A stretch of 63,885 nucleotides of DNA, filler included, from Globobulimina sp. (lineage: Eukaryota): NCBI GenBank assembly GCA_003354225.1. It is 32 parts of 32 records of this genome, joined end to end, with 100 filler letters (N's around TTAATTAATTAA, not from the genome) between each part and the next. Parts side by side here need not be neighbours in the genome. Positions count along the whole stretch, not along the records: positions 22,010 to 23,909 come from PIVH01010772.1; positions 24,010 to 25,909 come from PIVH01010773.1; positions 26,010 to 27,909 come from PIVH01010774.1; positions 28,010 to 29,909 come from PIVH01010775.1; positions 30,010 to 31,908 come from PIVH01010776.1; positions 32,009 to 33,907 come from PIVH01010777.1; 26 more parts are not named here. The stretch is one strand, 5' to 3'. Below, one piece after another: positions 22,010-32,824 of this stretch (the stretch's first letter is position 1; each line of letters starts with the position of its first letter). The position numbers and the translations under genes are program-made. Below the pieces are notes generated by a model. The model was not told where the DNA came from. It did no database searches and saw only the letters and a list, made by a program, of their open reading frames with translations.

Positions 22010-23696
22010 GTTCACAGAGCACAGCATCTATTGGATATGGAACAATCACAGGAAACAGCATATTATAAACTTTTATTGTTAGGCACTGGCCATGTCGGAA
22101 AATCAACAATTTGGAAGCAATTGTTAGATATTTATGACACAGAAGAAAAGAAAATTGACGTGAAAAATATTTACGATTCAATATTGAAGTCGTTTTGCAA
22201 TTTTCTAAACGAAAATGTTGACGCAACTGATTATACGCACGCTATATTGAAACAAAAAATAAATAATGACCAAATATTTGATACGGTCGAATATTTTTTA
22301 TCAAATTGCAATAATATATTAGAGTTAGACCAAGTCGTTGCATCCAAAATAACCGCCATATGGCATCATGAATTCTTTGTTAATGCATGGAAAAATCGAA
22401 GGAATGTTGGTTCCACAGAATCATTAGAATATTTTATAGATAATTTAGACAGAATAGCATCAGACAATTATATCGCAAGCAAACAAGATGACATATTATC
22501 AGCCACTGCAACCACAGGGATTGCGGAGCGAGAGATGGTTATAAATAATATTGCATTTAAAGTATCTGACACCGGCGGCCAACGCAGTGAAAGAAGTAAA
22601 TGGATTCATGCTTTCGAATGTGTTGATGTTGTATTATTTGTTGCTTCCTTGAACCATTTTGATCAAATATTATATGAGGACGAAAATATAAATGCAATGG
22701 AAGAACAACTCAATTTATTTCAATGTGTTTTGTGTTCAAAATATTTACGAAATTCAAAGCATATTTTATTGTTAACGGGAACGGATTTATTGAAAAGAAA
22801 GATTATTGATAATAAACAACGGATTTATAAGATGGAAGAAGCTGCAAACTCCGGAAACATTATGGATGGAGGGGAGAACGATGAAGATTATTATCAAGAA
22901 TGTGTACAATTTATCACAAATGAATTCAAGGTACAACTTATCACAAACTTCTATACAAATTGATTACAAATGATATAACAAACAGGCAATATACAATATG
23001 AATAGTGACGACATAGATGTGTACACTTTAAATGCTTCCAACAAAGAAGAAATTGAAAATATATTCGATGTTATTGCTGACAATGTAAAAAGTACTATTC
23101 CAGTAAAACAAAATGGATTGTTAGGCAATGATAAATGGAGTATGATGTATAGAAATCATGAAGGAATAGAAAGAAGATCAATAGTACAACATTTTTGTAT
23201 TGTGTTTTTAGTGATATTTGCGTTGGCTTTGTTGTTAGTATTTGTTCCTTATGATATTATGTCTTATATTGTGTTTGGAGTTGCTATTTTATATTGTTTA
23301 GCGATTTGGATTTCAAATTGTGGGCATGGATGTAATACGGCGTTGATATGGATTGTTTCGGTTATTAGTTTGTTATGGATGGTATTTGCATGTATTCAAA
23401 TAGTGCTTATTCAAACAACATCAGAAAGTGATTATGATTCAAATTGGGATTTGGTATTATATTTATTGGCACCAATTGTTATACTAATTGGATATAATTG
23501 CATAGTGTTAATGTTTGTGATTTATTATTATAAATATTTGATGTGGTCACTTGTATGGATGGGTCTTGCAATGTTAACAAGTGGTTTGGCGTTGAATATT
23601 ACAGTTGTTTGGGTGGTTGGAATTGGATTAATTTGCTTAGTATTAATTGTTCCATTTTTGACATATGCTTATTTTAAATGCATTCCGTATAGGTAA
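22010..23696 (+). CDS. Divergent heterotrimeric G-protein alpha subunit fused to a C-terminal, roughly 6-TM domain (two exons)
   Basis: KLLLLGTGHVGKST and DTGGQRSERSKWIHAF; phase-0 GT-AG intron 22931-22985 joins in frame to the G5/alpha-5 region and on into the TM helices. Confidence 0.8.
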
Positions 23697-24011
23697 TTAC
23701 ACGAAGTTCAAAGAAAATTATTTTATATAATAAATCTAAAACAAGCTTGTGTCGTTTAAGAGTGAGAGCCAGAGCCGAGGCCATCAGAGCCATTAGGGTT
23801 TTTGCTTTTAGTTAATTTCTTCAATGAACGCTTTGATAATTGAAGAAAAAAAAACTTTTGTCATTTAGAAACATAACATTTTGCTTTCGTCATGGCACTC
23901 AGCGAATTANNNNNNNNNNNNNNNNNNNNNNNNNNNNNNNNNNNNNNNNNNNNTTAATTAATTAANNNNNNNNNNNNNNNNNNNNNNNNNNNNNNNNNNN
24001 NNNNNNNNNTT

Positions 24012-24854
24012 CGTACTATTATTACAGGAACAGGTAGTTATATTCCTACCCGAAAGATTCTCAATAGAGATTTTCTTAAGAATGAATTTTATGATGCCGA
24101 AGGAAATAAATTTGAAGCTCCAACAGAGGAAATCATAACTAAATTTGAAGAAATAACTGATATCAGGGAAAGAAGGTATGTACCTGATGAGTTGGTTACA
24201 TCGGATATAGCTTTTTATGCAGCTGAAGAGGCTATTAAATCAGCAGAAATTGATAAAGAGACTATTGATTACATTATTGTTGCTCATAATTTTGGGGATG
24301 TTAAAGCAGATAACAGAAGGTCGGATTTTGTGCCAAGTATTGCTGCAAGAGTAAAGTATAAACTTGCTATTGAAAATCCTGGAACGATAGCATATGACGT
24401 TCCTTTTGGCTGTCCTGGATGGTTGCAAGGTATGATACAGGCTGATTATTACATTAAGTCCGGTGATGCAAAAACCGTTTTGATAATCGGTTCAGAAACT
24501 CTTTCACGGATTTCTGATCCACACGACAGAGATTCTATGTTGTACGCTGATGGGGCAGGTGCTACCATTCTTGAAGCCAGAAAAACATCAGAGGACATAG
24601 GTGTACTATCCCATGCTAGCAGGTCTGACACCATTAAGCATGCATATATGTTATGGATGGGTAAATCACATAATCCAAACTATGTTGGTAGTGAGTTATT
24701 TCTGAAAATGAATGGACGTAAGTTATATGAGTATGCCTTAAATACTGTTCCTCTTGTTGTTAAAGAAAGCCTTGAAAAAGCTAAGTTACTACTTAATGAT
24801 GTAAGTAAACCTCCACAATTGACTGCTTTAGGACAAGCTTATAATACATATTGA
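24012..24854 (+). CDS. fabH: Bacteroidota-type 3-oxoacyl-ACP synthase III, truncated at about 24810
   Basis: ITGTGSYIP, IRERRY, FGCPGW (catalytic Cys), YADGAGA, MNGRKLYEYAL; the HQAN and GN motifs are missing. Confidence 0.85.
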   Translation, partial: RTIITGTGSYIPTRKILNRDFLKNEFYDAEGNKFEAPTEEIITKFEEITDIRERRYVPDELVTSDIAFYAAEEAIKSAEIDKETIDYIIVAHNFGDVKADNRRSDFVPSIAARVKYKLAIENPGTIAYDVPFGCPGWLQGMIQADYYIKSGDAKTVLIIGSETLSRISDPHDRDSMLYADGAGATILEARKTSEDIGVLSHASRSDTIKHAYMLWMGKSHNPNYVGSELFLKMNGRKLYEYALNTVPLVVKESLEKAKLLLNDVSKPPQLTALGQAYNTY

Positions 24855-24986
24855 AATGAATGATAAATCTCTTGCAAAATGTATAATTTGATGCCATTTT
24901 GCGTATAAAACAGCAATATGGGAACACAGAATGTAATTCAAGCAATTTCTAAACTGTGTTTTTATCGATCATTCATGCAACATAAA

Positions 24987-25634
24987 TTATTGAGGCGCAA
25001 AAACAAACGACATCTGATCTAACAGCCATCCACTCCTTCCTTCAAATCCAATGATTCCGTATTGTTTGTGAGGAAGTATTAACTTCGTTTTTTTCCATTT
25101 TTTCAATACACTTTGCTGCGTTTTTCCAATCATTATTTCTCTTTCATAATTTGTATTAAATTTCATACCTCGAATTCCATCATGCGCGCCGCCATAATAT
25201 ATTTCAACTCCATTACAATATTCTTTATCTTTTATTTTTAGGTGAATGGTTCTTTTATTTCGTATCCCATCCGGAGGTCTACCCATATTGCATTTGTTCA
25301 TAATTTTTTCTGAGTCAAATTGATATCCTTGAATTGAAATACCATCTTCATTGTATAATGTTAAATCTGCCACACTTAATTTGATGAGTAATTCCTGTTT
25401 GTTTGAGATATATTGATGTTTCCCGCCACCTCTTCCTCCAACCTTCATTCCTTTATACTCTTCAATGGTTGCATCACCTTTTTGTAATTGATATACAATG
25501 ACATTTTTATGATAAAATTCATGACATAATTGTTTAATATTTTCAATATGAAATTGATTTGATTCCATCCGAACATATCCATGTACCAACAATTTGTGTT
25601 GCTGCACATTATATTTCCGATGCGTTGAGGACAT
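24987..25634 (-). CDS. Jacalin-like lectin with N-terminal LLVHGYVR...FY module
   Basis: GGRGGG, IRGMKFNTN, IIGFEGRSGWLLDQMSFVF. Confidence 0.75.
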   Translation of the reverse strand: MSSTHRKYNVQQHKLLVHGYVRMESNQFHIENIKQLCHEFYHKNVIVYQLQKGDATIEEYKGMKVGGRGGGKHQYISNKQELLIKLSVADLTLYNEDGISIQGYQFDSEKIMNKCNMGRPPDGIRNKRTIHLKIKDKEYCNGVEIYYGGAHDGIRGMKFNTNYEREIMIGKTQQSVLKKWKKTKLILPHKQYGIIGFEGRSGWLLDQMSFVFAPQ

Positions 25635-26092
25635 GTTGTGCCCCATCATGATATAACGAAAGTAATATAGTGCTACCAAACTGTTTATATGGTGCTAAGG
25701 TGATTCACTTTGTGGAACAGTTTTTGTTGGCTAGTACTATGCAGATGGAAAATGAGTTGGAAGTGTTAGATTTTGCCGGATTATGGGATATCATACAATG
25801 TCGATTTACAAAACATTTATATAACAGACACATAATTGCCATCAATAGAATTTGTAAACAGAGACCGAACGGAATATTTTTAGATGAATTAGCACAATAT
25901 ACAAAATTANNNNNNNNNNNNNNNNNNNNNNNNNNNNNNNNNNNNNNNNNNNNTTAATTAATTAANNNNNNNNNNNNNNNNNNNNNNNNNNNNNNNNNNN
26001 NNNNNNNNNTGATGATTGGGATTTGGACCCAAATCTTATTCAATAGGATGCTCTCATTGAGCTATCATCACTTATATATATGGATGGCGATC

Positions 26093-26335
26093 GCCACCGC
26101 CTCCCAAATCCCAAATCCACCGCCTCCCAATCGCCCAAATCCACCGCCTCCCAAATCCCAAATCCACCGCCTCCCAAATCCCAAATCCACCGCCTCCCAA
26201 TCGCACAAATCCACTGCCTCCCAAATCCCAAATCCACCGCCTCCCAATCGCACAAATCCAGCGCCTCCCAAATACCAAATCCACCGCCTCCCAAACTCCC
26301 AAATCCACCGCCTACCAAATCCCAAATCCCCGCCA
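26093..26335. repeat. C-rich minisatellite, about 10 units of 23-24 bp
   Basis: CCACCGCCTCCCAAATCCCAAAT and CCACCGCCTCCCAATCGC(A/C)CAAAT units. Confidence 0.9.
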
Positions 26336-26711
26336 TAGATACCATAATAAATTGGATATAAATCGACTGCGAGTGCGAGGATATCCATACATGACTGCGA
26401 TGTCATGCATCCATTGTTTTTGATGATGACTCAAAAAAGAAAGGTTTTTGACTTTGAACTTAATGTCATCGATCTGTTCCTGTAAAGAAGAATCAAGACA
26501 CATTGATGGATATTATGGATGGATTTGATAGATATGTTCTGTTTTGTTGAATATGTTTTGTTCTGTTTTGTTTTGTTTTGGTTTGCATTATTTTTTTCCC
26601 ATAAACCAATCAAAAATTCACAAAACATAAATATCTTTTATTATTAATATTTTATTCAATACAGATTGGCCAAAATTCACTGTATATTCTTTTTTTTGGT
26701 AAAACATTGTA

Positions 26712-26855
26712 CCAAAAGGCAGGTTTATTCTCGGCTATAAACGTGTTTCCAAAAAACAGTTTTTAAGGTCTCGGGGCGCCACAAGGGCGCGCCCCTTGAC
26801 CTTAAAAACTGTTTTTTGGAAACACGTTTCTAGCCACGAAATTACTGCCTTTTGG
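26712..26855. mobile_element. Palindromic MITE-like element flanked by TA
   Basis: CCAAAAGGCAG/CTGCCTTTTGG termini; inner arms AAACGTGTTTCCAAAAAACAGTTTTTAAGGTC perfectly inverted; TA on both sides. Confidence 0.75.
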
Positions 26856-26886
26856 TAAAATACTAATATTGTTGTTCAACTTCAAG

Positions 26887-27909
26887 ATAAAAACAAGAAA
26901 ACGTATGAATGGATATTACGAATAAGTAATCCCAACACGCACTTCCTGCAAACAACAAGTACAAAATGGGAAGTTATTGTAACGAGAATTGTTGCTAAAC
27001 ATTGTCCAAATATAACAGTGCCGCAAATTATCGATTATTCAGATGATATAACTACTAAACCTTTGATAGGCTACGAATATATTTTAGAGGAGAAATTGGA
27101 AGGAATTATGATGGAGGAAATTGAAGAAAATTTAAGCCAAGAAAGGAAAACGTATTTATACATAAAATGGAGTAATATGATAAACGAATTGCGAGCGATT
27201 CCAATTCCTTTATCAAGTCAACAAATTGGTACATGGCAAGATGAGAAAATGACAAAATACGCATCCAACGCAACAAATAATTTAGTAAATTATCATAAGA
27301 TATATTTTTTTGATGTCATTATTCGACATTTAAAATATAATTATTCTAAAAAAGATCATCTGCCGTCATTTGGTAATTTATTTGATTGGAATACAATTAA
27401 TGAGTTACACAAAGCATTTGGAAATGTGGTAAATAAATTGGTGAAGCCGCTGCAATATATTATGGATAATTATAACCGCAATAACTTTGCCTGTGCAGCT
27501 CGTGAGGATGATGACGAAAAACAGCAACAATGGTTTTATTTGAATCATAATAATTTTCATTCTCAAAATGTTATGGTAACAAATGATAAAAACTGTGAAA
27601 TTGTTGCTTTATTAGGTTGGGAATATGCGAACATTTCATTCTTTCCAATGGATATTTTTTATATTTCAGATTTGGATCAAGAATGGAATATTGCTGCAGA
27701 TATAATTGAGAAATATAAACCAAAATTGAATCATATATTATATAAAAATTTAGTTTTTGATATTGAAGATTTAAGGAATGTTCATCGGTTTGCTAAACAA
27801 ATGGTATTTTATTCAGTGGATATGTTCGATTGTCGGGACACAGACAGTTTGTATCAAGCAATAAAAGAATATAAATCGGAGGGATTTAAAGACCTCCAAA
27901 TGACATTAA
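26887..27909 (+). CDS. APH/choline-kinase-fold protein with degenerate catalytic motifs (partial)
   Basis: ILRIS, VPQIIDY, YILEEKLEG, HNNFHSQNVMV, IVALLGWEYA. Confidence 0.7.
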
Positions 27910-28110
27910 NNNNNNNNNNNNNNNNNNNNNNNNNNNNNNNNNNNNNNNNNNNNTTAATTAATTAANNNNNNNNNNNNNNNNNNNNNNNNNNNNNNNNNNN
28001 NNNNNNNNNGAGATTTTGTAAAAAGGCAAAAACATTAAAGTCATTATATCAATTACTACATCGACGCTATACAAACATACTGCAATTTATTTTAATAATT
28101 CATCAATAAA

Positions 28111-28599
28111 ATGGTGTACAAATTAATATTGTTCATATTATTAATGGTGTCAACTGTCGGTGGTGGCCAATTGGAAAAATCAGGACATAAATACCATAAA
28201 GTATCAGAAAACAAAAGAATATACGCAGCCAATACAGAAACGATATCAGGATATAGTACAAAACAAAAGCATTATGACAAAACTAATATTGATAAAAACA
28301 AATACAAAATGGGAGCAATATACGATAATTTTGATAATAACAAAAAAGATGATCCAACACCAACATCTGATACTTTTTCTTATGCACCATTTTCATTTGC
28401 AAAATTTGCATTTTCTGTGCTATTGTTGGTATTAATTATGAATCTTTGTGCTATGTGTTATTGTGGCTGCAATAGGCAAAGTTTGGCAAACTATGCCTCG
28501 AAATTACAACAGATAAAATTGCAACATTTGGGACAGTTTAAAGGAACATATGCTGATATTGATCATGTGATACTTGAAACGGATGTTGATAGTGTATAA
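28111..28599 (+). CDS. Small single-pass membrane protein with signal peptide
   Basis: Hydrophobic leader and one TM. Confidence 0.55.
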   Translation: MVYKLILFILLMVSTVGGGQLEKSGHKYHKVSENKRIYAANTETISGYSTKQKHYDKTNIDKNKYKMGAIYDNFDNNKKDDPTPTSDTFSYAPFSFAKFAFSVLLLVLIMNLCAMCYCGCNRQSLANYASKLQQIKLQHLGQFKGTYADIDHVILETDVDSV

Positions 28600-28766
28600 A
28601 ATATAAATAATATTGTAAATTGTGAGTAAAATTATTTTTATTTTGTTTGACCGAGTTGGATTTGCTTATTTTTATTCCTTTTTTCTTGCATTTATTTTTT
28701 CTATTTAATTTTTTATCCTATGAATTATTCGAGTGTCTCAAAAACTTTTTGCTTAAAAAACAATAC

Positions 28767-29909
28767 ATGTTTAACAACCCATATTCGGTTCAATTCAATG
28801 CTAATCCACGTTCTTTTCACCAAATCCTTTCACCAAATCATGCACTGAATACTACAAATGCCGATTCATCCCACCCATACATTACAGCTCAAAATAAAAA
28901 AAAAGCAAATGTTTGCAATAACAATAACAAAAACAATGCACGCTACCAAGCAATTGGTAGTCACTCATCATCAAATTCACCAACAAACAGCAACACTAAA
29001 ACAAATCGTAAAAGGAAATTCTTTGAAACATTTGACGATGATGAACATGGACAATATGACTATGAACAGTCATTAATTATAGCACCACAAAGAAAACAAC
29101 ATATCACAGAACAAATTGTTATGCAATCGATCAGGTAAAATCTACACATTTACACAACTCTTGTTATTGCACCACATTTTTTTGATTGTATATTGCAGGG
29201 AAATAAATTCATTATCTTCCAATTCGAGCGGTTGCAATCAGCAAAAAAAGAGAAAAAGAAATAAAAAACGTACATTTAATGAGATGAATGTTAATGATGA
29301 CGGTGAGTGCAAGGATAATATGGATGAATTATGCTATAAAATGAATAAGAAAATGAAAATATGGGATTCGACAAATGATAAATCATTGCCATATCTTGCA
29401 AAGCATGAAAACAAAGCAAATGATAATACAGATAATGATGATACAGATTCAACTGCAACGTTAACGGAATTGCAATTAATTCCATCCATAATTCAATACG
29501 CACAGTTCATGAATAATGACAACGCGTTCGTTACTAAACTATGCCAACGTGATAGTATGCAACGAATGAAATTGAATAAGTATACCGGCGCAGTGGTGAA
29601 ATATGTAAAACCTGAAAGAAAATCATGGAAGGAATTAATTCGAAGATATTATGAAAATAATAAACAGTGTGATGTTGAAAACGTTAACATGGAAAAAATG
29701 GATGATGATGATTTTGAAATGAATCATTATGGAAATGGGAGAAATAAAAAGAATAAAAGACCAATACGGTTACATCCATCGTATACAGGATTTAATAAGA
29801 ATCATTTTATTAGTTCTGATCTACTAAAAAAATTTGCTAATAAATGTTATGTGTCGAGTGTTAAAGGAAAAAAAAGTAATGATAAAGAAGAAAATAATGC
29901 GGATTGTAT
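28767..29909 (+). CDS. Asn/Lys-rich hypothetical protein (two exons, 3' partial)
   Basis: Two ORFs linked by a gtaaaa...ttgcag intron near 29135-29198; NLS-like basic clusters. Confidence 0.55.
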
Positions 29910-30009
29910 NNNNNNNNNNNNNNNNNNNNNNNNNNNNNNNNNNNNNNNNNNNNTTAATTAATTAANNNNNNNNNNNNNNNNNNNNNNNNNNNNNNNNNNN
30001 NNNNNNNNN

Positions 30010-30125
30010 TTTACAGTTTTTTACAGATTATTCAAAATAAAAACATTGAAAGTCAAAATTGAATTCTTAAAGGTTGTGTTTCATCGGGAACCATTAACAT
30101 TTTATTATTAACCTATTTTCCTTCC
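30010..30125. mobile_element. Right end of GGAAGGAAAATAGGTT-TIR element (partial)
   Basis: Near-identical to about 8047-8160. Confidence 0.75.
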
Positions 30126-30126
30126 T

Positions 30127-30150
30127 GTAGGTTCGAATCCTACGGTGAGA
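30127..30150 (+). pseudogene. tRNA 3' fragment (T-arm plus probable acceptor strand)
   Basis: GTAGG-TTCGAAT-CCTAC hairpin with B-box, then GGTGAGA. Confidence 0.55.
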
Positions 30151-30780
30151 GGAATGGAATGGAATGCAATAGAAGGCAAACGGGTGAAACCCCCAGAACT
30201 AATTATTTGAAGGCAAAATGGGTAAAATCCCCAGAACTAAAAAATTGGAAAATGAAGGAAAGAATTGGTGGTGATAAGCCACCACGGATTGGATGGACAC
30301 AAAAAACATGGACACAAACGTTTTTGTTATATCTCAACCAGAAAAACCAAACATAAATATACCACATAAAAGATAAACAATACACAAAATGTTTCACATA
30401 GATAAGATTTAATAAGTAATTCAATCATAAAACATACAAACATACTATACGCAAATTATTGTATTGTAAAATGGTTTTTTAATGATTTAATAATATTTTT
30501 CTTAATAAAAATTGAAAATTTTGCATAAAAATTATTCTTTTCAATCATAATATCTTGTTTCAATCTATCTACTTTATATTTTAATGCCGCATTACATGTA
30601 TATTTTACTTTGGTACTGATACCTCCAAAACTGTCAAAAGCCAATGGTATGAATTTGTATCCCTTTAATAACTCCGATTCAAATCTATCTTTGTATTTAT
30701 AATATTTACTGTTTTCTCCAATTTTGCCTGCCATAAAATGTGTGATATTATCTTTTTCCGTATTAAACTTATTTTCATTG
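30151..30780 (-). mobile_element. 3' end of a CRE/R2-type (RLE) non-LTR retrotransposon
   Basis: ORF 30734-30456 has AGKIGENSKYYKY...FIPLAFDSFGG, matching the RLE tail ExxKxxKY...FxPxAxExxG; followed by a 3' UTR and (ATTCC)n. Confidence 0.65.
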
Positions 30781-31290
30781 CAAAAAATTTATTATGATAC
30801 AGAGTTCTAAATTCATTGTATTTGTTTGTTTCAATTTTGGCCATTCCATATGATTTGGAAACTGGTCTGGCAAAAAATGATCGATATTGGAATTATTGAA
30901 TATTTGATTGAATGTTTCGTGTTTGTATGTTACTGCGCGGTCATTCTCAAAATATTTTGAGATTAGAAATTGTGAGAAAGATATCTTGATTGGAATCTGC
31001 ATCAATAAATCTTGTGATTGTATCGTTGTTTTTTGCGTGGAAAATAAGCCTCGATTGTCGTTTGTAATGTGTTTAAAATCCATGAATGGATGGATAAAAC
31101 CATTATTTTTCTCAATCCAATCTTTGTATCTTAACCATTTCTGATGGGTGGTCTTACAGGCACACGGACCAACAAATTCTTTAACAAGAAATGCAGAAAC
31201 TGGTTCTACACAACATTGATTGTCGTTGTTGGTGGAAATAGTAGATATCAGTAGTGATAGTGATAGCAGACAAAAGAGTGATAAAAGCAT
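30775..31290 (-). CDS. SET-domain (LSMT/SETD3-like) N-terminus with signal peptide, truncated
   Basis: WIEKNNGFIHP...NRGLFS...LLMQIP; the frame stops at the retroelement junction. Confidence 0.6.
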   Translation of the reverse strand: MLLSLFCLLSLSLLISTISTNNDNQCCVEPVSAFLVKEFVGPCACKTTHQKWLRYKDWIEKNNGFIHPFMDFKHITNDNRGLFSTQKTTIQSQDLLMQIPIKISFSQFLISKYFENDRAVTYKHETFNQIFNNSNIDHFLPDQFPNHMEWPKLKQTNTMNLELCIIINFLQ

Positions 31291-31537
31291 TTAATCGACT
31301 AAACTAAAAAACCGCATGCTTCAAAAACTTAATTTCAAAGATCCAGAAGCAACCTAGAACCAACAACATCAAATCCAATCGGAATCGAAGTATCATATCC
31401 ATGTGTTCCACATTACAGTTCAATGAATTTATTGCAATATATAATAATGATCATAATTTGAATTATGTATAATTTATGTTGCTATTAATAGTCATAATCA
31501 TTTATTCCTGTGTGCAATAATTACATTTAATAGCAAC

Positions 31538-31908
31538 ATGACTGATCATGACATGACTAACATGTCTGAACACCACAAAGCTCTCCAAGAGGATCATGAC
31601 CATTCGGCTATTAATTATTCTATCGAGTACAATATAACATATTTAACGGCATCCTTTTTAATTACTGCTATTTGGCTCAGAATGGTTTATTGTGTATTTA
31701 AATTTGTTGTATTTAACAGAAATTCAATGGAACGAACTCAAGGAAAGCTGTCACATTCTTTTATTATGGTTATCTTTGCTGTCGCATTCTGGTTAAGTAC
31801 CATATTGCGTTTAAGTGCAGAGATTTTATTTGCGACCAATTTGATCATTCGTTTTTCGGTGAATGATGCCCATCGCCATTGCGAAATTTACGGGAAACTC
31901 AAATTTTG
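31538..31908 (+). CDS. Multi-pass membrane protein (3' partial)
   Basis: Two TM helices before the contig end. Confidence 0.5.
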
Positions 31909-32262
31909 NNNNNNNNNNNNNNNNNNNNNNNNNNNNNNNNNNNNNNNNNNNNTTAATTAATTAANNNNNNNNNNNNNNNNNNNNNNNNNNNNNNNNNNNN
32001 NNNNNNNNTTTGTTTGACATTGGTGGGGTTTTGTTGCGGGGCGTTTGGTTTGGAAACTTGTAGCTTTTATTTTGGTTTTGTTGGTAGATTGAATCAAACA
32101 AAATTAAGTTAAGATGTAAAAAGTAAAACGGCAATGCTCCTTTTTGTGGTGATAAATATCAACAATCAGGAACCAACAGCAATGGTTGTTTAGCAAAGTT
32201 TTTTAGTTGTTTGACATTGAAAAATTAGTTGAATAGAATGAGTGAAAAAAAAACTATAAAAA

Positions 32263-32637
32263 ATGGCCACTGAATTAAAAACAAATGAGTCAATGGAAAT
32301 GGATGAAAAGGAAACGAATCATCCATACACACAGTTAATGAATGCATTGACGCATTTCAAATGAAAATTTTTAATTTATATTCTAATGAAAATTAACAGC
32401 TAGATTAGATGCAAAATAGGGAATGAAAAATGGGCACAAATCTTAGCTAATTCCGTATCTGTGGATAAAGAGGTTAATCCAAACAATGTACGAAGGCAAA
32501 TCATCCAACAAAACGACACTATAATCGTACATTTCCAAGCATCACAATGGAAGTGGTTACGCGTCGGCATCCAATCTTTTTATGACAACATTCAATTATG
32601 TTTGCAAACTATACAAACATTTGAAAATTATGAATAA
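32263..32637 (+). CDS. PCC1: KEOPS complex subunit Pcc1/LAGE3 (two exons; absent from the ORF track)
   Basis: AQILANSVSVDKEVNPNNVRRQI..IIVHFQA..WLRVGIQSFYDNIQLCLQTIQTF; intron donor at 32334. Confidence 0.75.
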
Positions 32638-32824
32638 CACTGTTTTACCTCAATTGATCGATCAATATTCCTCCAATGCCAAAACATGTAATTTCAAAAC
32701 ATCAGAAACATAAAAAAACAATAAAAAAACAAGCCAAACAAAAAGGGAAAGAAAACCTCGGACCTTTAAAGACTGAAAATGTAAAATTACACTATATTAT
32801 AAACAATGAAAACACACAATAAAG

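Noticed and set aside
24801-24806. GTAAGT as an intron donor in a domesticated fabH
   Set aside because: No downstream exon encodes the missing HQAN and GN motifs
26012-26406. Several Pro-rich and Gly-rich ORFs
   Set aside because: By-products of a 23/24-bp minisatellite
32401-32403. Genome-wide TAG reassignment
   Set aside because: Long conserved genes (RPC1, GH20, S28) have no in-frame TAG, and a gene end near 38204 appears to use TAG as stop
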